Below, in pieces: positions 45,176-57,259 of a DNA stretch of 64,000 nt; position 1 is the first letter of the stretch, and every line of letters begins with the position of its first letter. This DNA is from Octopus sinensis (lineage: Eukaryota), in NCBI RefSeq assembly GCF_006345805.1, contig NC_042997.1, positions 64,790,001 to 64,854,000 on the forward strand, given 5' to 3'. The notes beneath the pieces were generated by a model, which ran no database searches, was not told the DNA's origin, and saw nothing but the letters and a program-made list of their open reading frames with translations. The translations under genes and the position numbers were made by a program.

Positions 45176-46270
45176 CATATTTGCATACGTATATTATACA
45201 TACATCTATAAGTATATATATGCACATGTGGGTACAGGACGTCATGAAACGTAGACAACAAAAAAGCACGAAGCACGAGTACATGGAACCTGAACTATTC
45301 TTTCGAACAACGAACGACACAAATGCTAAAGAAAACAAACAACATAAAGAACGACCCTTCAACAGTATTTGGTTGTTTTTCTAGTCTCGTATTTTGAATA
45401 TTTAACAACAATATACGCTTTCGATAAAACCCATGTTCCCGCAAAGCAAATTAAATCAAATTTGGGAGTTTACCGGTCGGTCAAAATACGCAGCACAAAC
45501 AGGACAGTGAAAACACACAGGAAGGACTGCTAAGCCTAAACGAGGTTGCGGGGGCGAACGAGTGAATTAGGCTAAGGCAAGAGACAATCAAGAACACGTC
45601 TTCCTTGTTACAGCTACAGCGGAGGGAAAGAAGGAAACAAAGATGGCCGATGGTCACGTGGGAATTTACGTTACCGTGTAAACAACATAAGATACGTAGA
45701 CAAACGAGTTAAATACATAGACAACGAGAGAAAATGGAAAACAGGACAAGTAAACACAGAGAAACGACCCTTCATCAAATATCAGCTGTCTATCTACTCA
45801 TTTTGAGCATTCAACCGTAATATGAGTTTTCAAATTAAGTTGCTCTCATAAATTCTAAAATAAAATTTAGGATTTATGGAGGGTGAAAGTTAAGCAGAAA
45901 AGCAGGACATTGGAGACTACAAAGAAACCGAACGAAAACAAACACGGGGGGGGGCGTCATTAGATCAGGAAGAGAGGAAAATACTGAACTCTGGGAGAAA
46001 TATTTTCTCCGAAAAAAGGCAGGCTAGAAGTCTAGTACTTTGAAAGTCCTGCTCACGTGAGGAAACGTGGACGATGGTCACGTGTAAACAGCGAAAGGGA
46101 AGAAGTGAAAGAGAGAACAGAGAAACAAATAGAAAGCGTTGAGAGGGGGGAGGAGAAAAAGAGAAATAAAGAAATAGAGAAGGAAGGAGGAAGAAAACAG
46201 TAAAAAGTAGACTTTCATCAAAAAGGTGAAGATAAACTTACTTGGATATGGGTGCATGGCGTTCAATCAG
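44800..46270. repeat. Cluster of related short interspersed repeats (gtacaggac...aacgacccttcatca motif family)
   Basis: Motifs recur near 44810/44935, 45230/45350, 45765 and 46730/46845; end motif tacttgga..tggcgttcaatca at about 44987 and 46239. Confidence 0.55.
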
Positions 46271-46349
46271 ATAATAACAGTAATATATATATATTATATA
46301 TATATAATATATATATATATTATATATATATTATATATATATATAAAGG

Positions 46350-46690
46350 GCTTAGTAAAATAAATTACTTTGCCGCATACTGAACTCATTAGAAATAGCA
46401 GCTAAAAAACTTTTTTAAAACTATTTCTAATACTTAAAGAAAACCTCTCTCATATAGTGTTTGCTCAATTCAACTCACGAAAGTATGGGGGTAAAGACAT
46501 TAAAAAATCAAATGCAAAGGTTATTTGAGAACGTACGTTTCAAGATTAGTCAACTCGACACTTCTATCATCAGCTCAGAACTCCTTGGTTTGGATTTGAA
46601 AACACTGAAAGTGGGAGCATACCCTTTCGGCTTCTTATCGCTTCTGAAGATCTGCTCGAAACTAACAGTGCCAGCAAACTCAAATATGCA
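46350..46690 (-). mobile_element. Short HHR-bearing non-coding element between (TA)n tracts
   Basis: Second copy at 13090-13318; contains the HHR at 46526-46577. Confidence 0.7.
46526..46577 (-). ncRNA. Type I hammerhead ribozyme motif
   Basis: Minus strand: TGAG CTGATGA TAGA-agtGTCgagttGACtaa-TCTT GAAA CGTACG TT^ CTCA; one mismatch at the base of stem II, which is paired (TCTA) in the 13.1-kb copy. Confidence 0.7.
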
Positions 46691-46869
46691 AATATATGTA
46701 TATATATATATATATATATATACATATGGGCACATGACGTCAGCAACTGTTTAAACAACATGAAATATATAGACAAACGAGTCAAATTCATAAAATATGA
46801 TAGAACAATGGAAAACAGGACAGGACAAGGAAATATAGAGAAACGATCCTACATCATTTGTCGGTTATC

Positions 46870-46981
46870 TATATAGATACATAGATAGACAGACAGACAG
46901 AGAGACAGACAGACAGACAGACAGAAAGACAGACAGACAGACAGAAAGACAGACAGACAGACAGACAGCAGACAGACAGAC

Positions 46982-47024
<43 letters not shown>

Positions 47025-47039
47025 CAGACAGACATACAT

Positions 47040-47070
<31 letters not shown>

Positions 47071-47095
47071 TACAGACAAACAGACAGACAGACAG
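46870..47095. repeat. (AGAC)n/(AGAT)n tetranucleotide microsatellite
   Basis: Direct reading. Confidence 0.95.
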
Positions 47096-47586
47096 CTATG
47101 TGTATATATAAATATATTGTATATGAAGAAAAAAAATCGATCCTGATTAGAATTAGAGTGGTTTGTCATCCGGGGGTTTTTTTGTAGACATTCGGAATTA
47201 TGTTGACTTGGAACTTATTTTCCATTCAATTATTCTTATAATTTATTTTATATTGCCTCAAAGTTTTTCCCAGTCATCATAGTTTTTCCTTAAGTACTGG
47301 TATAATTACATCGACATAATCTCTAATAAAGCTCGATTATTGGAAAGATACAAAGATTAGTCAGTGCGTACACAGTAGTATCTCGCATTTATTCACAGTC
47401 ATATAGCTTAAAGAAATATATGTATGAATATATATATACATGTGTGTGTGTGTGCACCGTATATATGTATGTATATATCTACACACACACTCACACACAC
47501 AGATATATATCTATATGTGTATATAAATATATATCTATATCTATCTATGTATATATATCTATGTATATATATATCTATCTCTGTAT

Positions 47587-47641
<55 letters not shown>

Positions 47642-47720
47642 CTGAGCATTATACTAATACATCTGTTTGTTTTGTACACCACCTGTCTTCGTCCTTTGAA
47701 TTTTCTTAAACTCTTCCTAT

Positions 47721-47800
<80 letters not shown>

Positions 47801-47819
47801 GAGTTTAAGAAAATTAAAT

Positions 47820-48418
47820 GACTTGCTTTGAAGTTTTGCATTCGGTACAATTTGTTTATGTTAGTAGTTTTGACCGCAAGGGTCTCTCCTAGCGTGCGAT
47901 ATCTATGAATATTAGTACCCTCTATATAATATAAATAAATATTTTCAAAGTGGAAAAACTTACGATTTTTTCTCTTACGAGGTTTTTCACGCTTAATACT
48001 GATAATTTCATATAAAAATTTTATCCTCAATTTTAAATTTATATTTTTCATCGGAATAGTTCAATACTGAATTTTTGTTCCGAGTAAGCAATTTGTGACC
48101 GAAATGCATTGCGAATAAGCCCGCCATTTTCATAAATATGTAAAGATAAACATTCGTACATGCTACGACGAATTCTACAGTTGGCTGTCGGGTTTGTAAT
48201 GTTATGTTTTTTCTTATATGTCTTGAGTTTGTTGCACTGATGAGCATAGAATGCATATTCTGCATTAATTGCGAAATCACAGGTGATATTTAACTAAATT
48301 CTTTTTTTAAATTACTTGCTTTGAAGTTTTGCATTCGGTACAATTTGTTCATTTTAGTAGTTTTGACCGCAAGGTTCCCTCCTAGCGTGCGGTATCTATA
48401 AATAGTAGTACCCTCTAT
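47820..48418 (+). mobile_element. About 490-bp HHR monomer with about 105-bp terminal redundancy; diverged relative of the 51451-52860 array
   Basis: 47820-47925 repeats at about 48313-48418; shares ttctctta.gaggtttt.cacgct, ccgaaatgca, ttgcattcggt, tagcgtg and ccctctata with the array unit. Confidence 0.75.
48225..48301 (+). ncRNA. Type I hammerhead ribozyme motif
   Basis: GAGTTTGTTGCA CTGATGA GCA-tagAATGCAtattcTGCATTaat-TGC GAAA TCAC-ag-GTGA TA^ TTTAAC-t-AAATTC; stem I has one mismatch and one bulge. Confidence 0.68.
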
Positions 48419-48419
48419 A

Positions 48420-48539
<120 letters not shown>

Positions 48540-48729
48540 GTATATCTTTATAGTAGAAAGTGAGATTGGGGTTATGAGTGTAACCCGCTATGGTATATCA
48601 TTTATCGAATATAGTGCCAGTAAAGTACACAGAAAGGCTAATACATAAATGCTAAGTTTTGCAAAGCAATTACTTCATTTATTGTATTATATGGCGAAGG
48701 TAAAATGCTTTACCTCAAATTCATAATAC

Positions 48730-48904
48730 AAAATAAGAAAATGGAGGAATAGATTTGTTTCAATCATCAACTACCAGATAATACCAATTCATATAATTTA
48801 TTAACTAATTATTTAGATTAAATAGATAGCTAATAAATTATATGAATTGGTATTATCTGGTAGTTGATGATTGAAAGAAATCTATTCCTCCATTTTCTTA
48901 TTTT
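48730..48904. repeat. Near-perfect about 175-bp palindrome
   Basis: aaaataagaaaatggaggaatagattt...ccagataataccaattcatataattta reads back as its reverse complement from about 48826 to 48904. Confidence 0.85.
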
Positions 48905-49024
48905 ATATATCTATGTAAGTATACATATATATATATATGTATAAGGGTGAAAAGGAACACACGAGTTGATATATATGAAAAAACAAGTCAAGATAGAAAA
49001 TGCTAAAATAATTTTATAAAGAAC

Positions 49025-49070
49025 ATTTCATTACCGGTTTCGGTCATTTCGATACCTTTTCAACTGTAAC
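49025..49070 (-). ncRNA. Eroded hammerhead motif with U3-A8 core
   Basis: Minus strand: GTTACAG TTGAAAA GGT-atcgaaatg-ACC GAAA CCGG TA^ ATGAAAT; stem I carries two mismatches. Confidence 0.5.
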
Positions 49071-49815
49071 GATTAAATAATTAAATTTAGAAAAATTAAA
49101 AGAAAATTTTTTTGGAGGAATATTTGTATAGTGTTCAAATATAAGTGGCATTTTCCTTGTTTCTGCCTTTCTCTGTCTCTCTTGTTTACACTTGTGGGTT
49201 CGAGATCGTTGTGAATTCTTGGTAGGGAAGAAGAAGAAGAAGAAGAAGAAGAAGAAGAAGAAGAAGAAGAAGAACAACAACAACAACAACAACAACAACA
49301 AGAACAAGAAGAAGAAGAAGAAGAAGAAGAAGAAGAAGAAGAAGAAGAAGAAGAAGAAGAAGAAGAAGAAGAAGGATTATGATGAGGAGAAGGGAGGAAA
49401 TTTGGGAGTGCCTTGATTGTCGTATTTTGAATGGTCTGTGGCGGTTAGCAGTTGCTGTTCAATTCATGAGAATATTTCTATTGAAAGGTTTGTTTATAGA
49501 ATTTGCGTAGGTGTTATACTAAAAAGCATTAGTGATAAAGTTAAGAAGTAGAAGGTGGAGCAGAAGAAGAAGAAGAAGAAGAAGAAGAAGAAGAAGAAGA
49601 AGATGATGATGATAGTGATGATGATGACATTGTTGATAATGATAATGATGATGATGAAGAAGAAGGAGAAAAAAGAGAAGGGAGAATATGAATGAGCGGA
49701 AGTAATGAGGTGTTGTATGACTTGAAGTTGGCACGTTATGGGTTATAGCTGTGATTGGGGCTGATTTGTAATGGATTCTTAGGAATGTAATATTTGCGTG
49801 TGTATTTGTGTTATT

Positions 49816-51280
49816 CTAAAGCCGAGGTGTATATATCGTTTTCGTAGACCCGTTCAGAAGTGGCCTGTATTTTGTAATAAAGAGAGTTTCTTTACTTATT
49901 CGTTGGCTCGAGGTTGTATCATCCCTGAATGGGTAGAGGGGAAAAATCCCGAAGCTTGGTGTTTTGTTGTTGGCGCAAGTATCTATGTGTTGGCTGAATG
50001 CTATTTTTCTGTTTTCGGGAATTTTTATCTGGGATCTGTGCAGGGCCATTCTTTTACGTAAACTAATTTTTTTTGTTTGGCCTATGTACTGCACTTGACG
50101 CCCAGAGCAGGTTAGTGTGTATATCAGGTTCTCCAAAGCACATGTGAAGTTGTTTTCTACTGTAAACCGTTGTCCCTGTTTGAAGGAGAACTCTGATCCC
50201 TCAATTAGATAATCGCATATCCCGCAATTGGGTCTTCCACATTTTTTTACTGTCGGCTTCTGTGTTGAAGTGCGTATTCGGGCTTATGTTAGGAGACTTT
50301 TCATAGATTTAGGCTGTCTCTTGCTTTTTATGATCGTGTGTGTTTGGAGGATTGTGTTCATTCTGTGGTCTTTTTTATGAGGGGTATGTTTTGGAGGATG
50401 GTGCCGAAGGCTTCATTGTTGAGAGGGTTGTGTGTGGAGATATATTGTAAGGCTTTTGGTCATAATTTTTTTCTTTGATTTGGGATGTCTGAGTTCCTGG
50501 ATGTTGAGTTGAAGGGCACGTTGAATGCATATGTCAATAAGTGAAGATGGGTAGTTCCTGGTGATGAGGGTATGAGGGTATCTTTTAGTTCTTGTAGTCG
50601 TGTGTCTCTGGTGTTTGCATTAGAAACTATAGTACATATCCTTTTTGCTAGATTGAAGGGGATATTCATTCTGGTGTGTCTGGGGTGGCATGAATTGAAT
50701 GGAAGATATTGCTTAGAATCTGTAGGCTTATAGTATATGTCTGTTTCTATTACATTATTAGCTTTCTTAATGAGGATATCGAGGAAGGGGAGTTGTTGCT
50801 GGCTATATTTCATCGTGAACTGGATGTTTACGTCCAGCCCATTTAAAATTGCTTGGAATTCTTTGAGTTTCTCTATATTTTCATGCCAAAGAATGAAACA
50901 GTCATCTAGATGTCTCTTCCAGTTGTTTTCTATGTAGATGGAGAAAGGGCTGCCATATCTTTCTAGAACCTTACGATACAGACTGATTTCTAGATATCCC
51001 ATGACTAGGTTGGCAAAGGAGGGGCCATTCGTGTACTCATCGCAGTCCCCGATTTTTGTCGGTAGAAGTTGTCTTTGAAGGCGAAGAAGTTATTTTCTAG
51101 GATGAATTTAACCCCTTCTATCACGAATTCTTTTTTGATGCGATGTGGGAGTTCGTTGGCGTGATTCTCTAGCCAGAATTGAATTGCCTCTATTCCTAGG
51201 TTGTGGGGGAAATTGGAGTAGAGGTTGACTACATCGAAGGATACTAGTAGGGTGTTTTTGTTTATAGTATTAGGTAGAAT
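49816..51280 (-). pseudogene. PLE reverse transcriptase + GIY-YIG endonuclease (frameshifted)
   Basis: LLVSFDVVNLYSNFPH, FYRQKSGTAM, WKRHLDDCFILW, LPFLDI, DIYYKPTDSKQYL..SCHP, linker KKCGRPNCGIC (Neptune-type), LIYTLTC...YIGQT; an 8-bp duplication (ataccctc) near 50570 shifts the frame. Confidence 0.92.
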
Positions 51281-51720
51281 ATATTTCTTTACTACAAATA
51301 TATTTCTTAACTAGTATTAGGTAGAATAACACAAATACACACGCAAATATTACATTCCAAAGAATCCATTACAAATCAGCCCCAATCACAGCTATAACCC
51401 ATAACGTGCCAACTTCAAGTCATACAACACCTCATTACTTCCGCTCATTCATAAGAAATAATTATTTTCGAAATTTTTTCTCTTATGAGGTTTTCACGCT
51501 ATCTACCTGACAATTTCTTGTTAAGTTTTCCTTATTAAGTAGTTGTCCTTAATTGCTAAATTTTTATTCCGAAAAAACTTTTCCTTTCCCGAAATGCAAT
51601 TCGTAAAAGTATGCCATTTACAGGATGTAATATATGTAAACTCACCCATGTGCTTCGTTGATGTTGATCAGTTAGCTGATCGGCTTAAGCGGGACAGGGT
51701 CGTTTATTTATGATACATTC

Positions 51721-51768
51721 AGGCCTGCTGATGAATACGTAAGTATGAAATCACTGTGATACAGGTCT
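51721..51768 (+). ncRNA. Type I hammerhead ribozyme, array copy 1
   Basis: AGGCCTG CTGATGA ATAC-gtaa-GTAT GAAA TCAC-t-GTGA TA^ CAGGTCT; canonical core, GNRA-type loop II, palindromic stem III. Confidence 0.88.
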
Positions 51769-52196
51769 ATATTTTTTAAATGTCTTACTTTGAAAAATTG
51801 CATTCGGTGGGATTAGTAATATTTTTGGTAGAAATGACTAATTGTCCCTCTTAGCGTGTGGCATGTATGTATAATGCCCTCTCGCATGTATGTATAATGC
51901 CCTCTATATATAAATTAATATGTTCAATAAGAAATAATTATTTTCGAAATTTTTTCTCTTATGAGGTTTTCACGCTATCTACCTGACAATTTCTTGTTAA
52001 GTTTTCCTTATTAAGTAGTTGTCCTTAATTGCTAAATTTTTATTCCGAAAAAACTTTTCCTTTCCCGAAATGCAATTCGTAAAAGTATGCCATTTACAGG
52101 ATGTAATATATGTAAACTCACCCATGTGCTTCGTTGATGTTGATCAGTTAGCTGATCGGCTTAAGCGGGACAGGGTCGTTTATTTATGATACATTC

Positions 52197-52244
52197 AGGC
52201 CTGCTGATGAATACGTAAGTGTGAAATCACTGTGATACAGGTCT
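52197..52244 (+). ncRNA. Type I hammerhead ribozyme, array copy 2
   Basis: As copy 1; stem II ATAC/GTGT (U-G wobble retains pairing). Confidence 0.87.
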
Positions 52245-52673
52245 ATATTTTTTTAAATGTCTTACTTTGAAAAATTGCATTCGGTGGGATTAGTAATATT
52301 TTTGGTAGAAATGACTAATTATCCCTCTTAGCGTGTGGCATGTATGTATAATGCCCTCTCGCATGTATGTATAATGCCCTCTATATATAAATTAATATGT
52401 TCAATAAGAAATAATTATTTTCGAAATTTTTTCTCTTATGAGGTTTTCACGCTATCTACCTGACAATTTCTTGTTAAGTTTTCCTTATTAAGTAGTTGTC
52501 CTTAATTGCTAAATTATTATTCCGAAAAAACTTTTCCTTTCCCGAAATGCAATTCGTAAAAGTATGCCATTTACAGGATGTAATATATGTAAACTCACCC
52601 ATGTGCTTCGTTGATGTTGATCAGTTAGCTGATCGGCTTAAGCGGGACAGGGTCATTTATATATGATACATTC

Positions 52674-52721
52674 ATGCCTGCTGATGAATACGTAAGTATG
52701 AAATCACTGTGATACAGGTCT
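52674..52721 (+). ncRNA. Type I hammerhead ribozyme, array copy 3
   Basis: As copy 1 with one distal stem I change (ATGCCTG). Confidence 0.86.
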
Positions 52722-52857
52722 ATATTTTTTAAATGTCTTACTTTGAAAAATTGCATTCGGTGGGATTAGTAATATTTTTGGTAGAAATGACTAATTGTCC
52801 CTCTTAGCATGTGGCATGTATGTATAATGCCCTCTCGCATGTATGTATAATGCCCTC

Positions 52858-52934
<77 letters not shown>

Positions 52935-53589
52935 AAGGTCGGTTCTTTACAGCTGTTTCTTTCACGTTTTCAATAGAATGGGTACATTGCATCTTTGCAA
53001 CAATGTAATGTACTCGTTTTTCGACTACAAATGCCTAAGAAACAGTTGTAATGAGTTGACATTTTATCCATCGTCTATTGTTATTCATATGCTTATAATA
53101 TGCCATAGGATTTCGCCACACATCGGACACCGAAGAGTATACCAAACAATGTTTAATCAACACAACGCTTGCTTTGGGCCAGCTCCTATGCGCTAAATAC
53201 TCGTAGGGGAGGTTTTCTCTGTGTGCACAACCTGAACATTCTACTGGACACTTTACCAATCATAGGTGGTGACAACAGGATAATTCAATCCTACTTGGTG
53301 CTTATTATTTAACTACACGATTCTTATTTAACCTTTACTCTATAATTGCCTACGCAGGCTACTAGCTCCGAGATTTTGAGTTCAATTCCAGGCAGTGCTG
53401 TGAATAAATAATGATAACATAAGTTAAAAAGATAAAAGCCATAGGAATGAGAGCAAATGCTCGAGTTCAAAATTCTATCAGGACACCTGTGATAATAGAA
53501 AAAAAAAAAAATGAGGACATATATCATAATCCAAAAAATGGACAGAATTTCTCATCACTAAAATATAGAACAATATTAGCTCCGTCTTC

Positions 53590-53965
53590 GCTGAGGCATG
53601 TCGCCGGTTACGACGATGAGTGTTCCAGTTGATCCGGTCAACGGAACAGTCTACTCGTGAAATAAACGTGCAAGTGGCTGAGCACTCAACAGACATGTGT
53701 ACCATTAAAGAAGTTCTCGAGAATATTCAGCGTAATAAGGCTGGACATTTGAAATGCAAGTAGAACATAAACAGGAAGAAAGAATGAGAGAAAGTTGTGA
53801 TGAAAGAGTACAGCAGCGTTCGCCACCCCAGCCCTGCCACAGTCTCGTGGAGCTTTTAGATGTTTTTTGCTCAATAAACATTCACAACGCTCGTTCTGGA
53901 AATCTAAACCATGATCCCAGGACCGCGAGTCCGCTGCCCTAACCACTGGGCCATTGCGTCTCCAC
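53590..53965 (-). mobile_element. tRNA-derived SINE (inverse copy of the 33330 family)
   Basis: Reverse complement starts ggagacgcaatggcccagtggttagggcagcggactcgcggtcc and is colinear with 33330-33719. Confidence 0.85.
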
Positions 53966-54871
53966 TATATTAGATTAGTATCAAACTCTATATTGATTTT
54001 TTCCACCCGATATCCATGCAGTGTATGGAGTTGGCACGATCCAACTTAGTGAATAAAACCGCTCTGTTAAGACATGTATTTTATATAAAAATACTTTCCA
54101 TATACTTCCGAAGTGCAGATTCCATGATAGACGAGTCAAATTTTAGGAAAAATGATGTATAAATGTCAATTCAATGCGGCAGTTTTGAGCAAATCCTTTA
54201 ATTGATCAATGAAAGCATTACATCATTACGAAGAAAACAGTTCTCATCAGATGACCGCATTGACCCCCATCCCCAAGCATAAAGGGCAAGTTAGATATTT
54301 AAACATATTCATATCAATTGAGAGCAAATATTTACAAGAATTCTGCTCCTGAATGCTTTTGGCATTATGAACAAAGGACAGTACAGCGACAGATAATAAA
54401 AAATTAGCATAGGCTAGAGTGGTGGCGAGGGATGAATGAGAGTATTGACCCCGTTATCTACACATCGAAGACAATAGGGAAATGTAGTCTTCAAATCATC
54501 AAAAATTTACATATTTAGGGAGTTATAAATTAATTAGTATCATGATAGCACGTTTAACTATCTGAGAAAATGGAACTTTACATCCGGATATATCAGCACC
54601 AAACGGGTAGGTAATGGGTTGATAAATGTGAATGTCTGATGGAGGAGTGGTAATAATAGAAAAAGATGGGATGAGTAAGGCTAATAAAGCTTATTTTGAT
54701 TGTTACCTTAAAGGGGAAGAAAAAAGGAACTATTACAAGGAATACCTCTTAAAGGATCATTGACGGGATATAGTTTGAAGGAGTATGTTTTTACATTAGT
54801 TTAGTGATACCATTAAAATATTAATGTATAGCTATATAAAGCAAGAATTGAAATATATATATATATATTAT

Positions 54872-54919
<48 letters not shown>

Positions 54920-55014
54920 TAAAATATTATTAGAGACAAAACCACTATTTTGCAAAACAAACAAAGGAAAGACTTAATCAATACATAAAATTTAATAAAT
55001 AGTCAAAAAAACCG

Positions 55015-55059
55015 CCCACTACAATCGTTTCTTGTCTTGATCGACAATCTTCAGGTGGA
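55015..55059 (-). ncRNA. Type I hammerhead ribozyme (inverted arm copy)
   Basis: Minus strand: TCCAC CTGAAGA TTGTC-gatcaa-GACAA GAAA CGATTG TA^ GTGGG. Confidence 0.8.
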
Positions 55060-57259
55060 CTTCCAATCTAAAAAATCAATATTTTAAAATATAAAAATAA
55101 TAATTTTAAAATAATTAAAGTATGAATGAAAAATATAAGTATATAATCCATATATAGCCTATATATAATCCATATATAATCATATATAAACAATATATAA
55201 ACTAAAAAAAACCTATCAACAATTAAATATAAACTATAAAATATAAAATATAAAATATAAAACAAAACAAAAAAATAATAATAATATAATAATAAACTAT
55301 ATATACACCCATACACATATACCTAATTATATATAACCATATCTAACTACATACACTAAATCACACACCTATATATATACCCTATACATACACATAAAAA
55401 CGTCTAGGCAACTATAAATAAATAAAATAGCTAAATACTTCAACACAATACTTATTCATACTCCCACCACACACACACATACAACCCACATTCACGCTCT
55501 AGAAAACGGACATCACTCAAAACTATGAACGGAGAAATGGAATAAATTGAATTAAAAATTATATTCACTTGGTTAAAACGAACACTACTTAAAAATTATG
55601 AATGAAACAATGCAATAAAACAACAGACATCGCAAATAGACACAAATTACTACGAATTCCTTAACAAACCTATCATGATAAACCAAAAAACTCATAAAAA
55701 CATATAATGATAAAATCTCCCTTTACTAAACTCTATAACAAACCTATATAGCAATCCCCCTAACCTAAACATTCACACACAAATAGACACACGTAAACCA
55801 CACACCCACGACATATACAAATACCCACACCACTTACACATACCAATACATACATATAAACCTCAACATATACTCCAAAAACCCACTCAACCCCACACAG
55901 ACAAATAAACACAAAAATTATGAATGGATTCTTTTATAAAACTACCATGATAAGCTAAAACTCACAAAACAGAAATGATAAAACCTCCCAATACTAAACA
56001 CTATAACATACTTATATAGCAATCCCTTTAACCTATACATTCACACACAAAAACACACACGTAAACCACACACGCATAACAAATACAAACACCCACCCCA
56101 CTCACACACACCCACAGTACATATAAGCCTCAACATATACACCAAACAAAATTACTTTACCAAGGAACTTAACATATGTATAAAAAAGTATAACCGCTCT
56201 GGAAACGAACATCTCTAAATTAATGAATGGAGAAATGGAATAAATGGAATTAAAAATAATATTCACGTGGCAAAACGAACACCACTCAAAAATTATGAAT
56301 GAAACAATGTATGTAATAAAACAACCAACATCGAAAATAGACAAATTACCACGAATTCCCTAAAAAAAACCATGATAAACCAAAACTTTAAAAACATATA
56401 ACGATAAAATCTCCCTTTGCTAAACTCTATAACAAACCTATATAATAATCCCCCTAACCTAAACATTCACACACAAATACACACACGTAAACCACAGACC
56501 CACGACTTATACACATACCTATACTAACTTATAAACCTCAATATACACCAAAACCACTCACTCCCCACACAGACAATTAACACATACATCCCAAAACCTA
56601 AATAACAAACCCATATACACATTCACACACAAACACACACACACGCAAAACACACACACAACGGATACATATACTCCCTCACATATACGCATATACATAC
56701 TCACTAAACTCGATTATACAACAATATTTACACACCCACACTCATACAGATAAATAAATTATACAACTAAAAACTCACACACAAACTCATATACATAAAC
56801 ACTCCTATGAAAACAACATTAAATACATCGTAATTAACCAGAATATCAAAAAAAACAACAATGACATAAGGATAAATAAAAGACATACTTACAAGTCAGT
56901 TTCAAATTATGAAGTGAAATTAAATTCTTAGCCGTTAAAAAAATCAAACCAAAATTACGTTACCATAGAAATAACTTATGTAAAAAAAGAATACGCGCCA
57001 TGGAAAGTAAACGTCATTTAAATTATGAATGGAGAAAAAGAATAAATGGAACTAAAAACTATATCCACGTGGCAAACCAACACTACTTAAAAAAAAAAAA
57101 TTTTATTATGAATGGATTCTTTAAAAAACTACCATGAAAAATCATTATATACATTTATGAATTTTAGCTCACCTTAGCAGCTCTAACAAACAACTTGCAG
57201 TAACCCAAACCCATTCTCTATGCCTACCTCACTACTACACTATTCCATTCACAATTCCA

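Larger units (their letters stand above)
48905..51453 (-). mobile_element. 5'-truncated Neptune-type Penelope-like element with inverted 5' copy of its 3' region
   Basis: RT and GIY-YIG coding on the minus strand; 51322-51453 is the reverse complement of 49687-49818; HHR-like motif at 49025-49070. Confidence 0.85.
51451..52860 (+). repeat. Head-to-tail array of three 476-477-bp non-coding monomers, one HHR each (retrozyme-like)
   Basis: Units start at 51451, 51927 and 52404; near-identical; no ORF; ends in ccctct-(TA)n. Confidence 0.92.

Noticed and set aside
51451-52860. CRISPR-like or ordinary satellite interpretation of the array
   Set aside because: No repeat-spacer pattern; whole units are repeated, eukaryotic context, and each unit holds an HHR.
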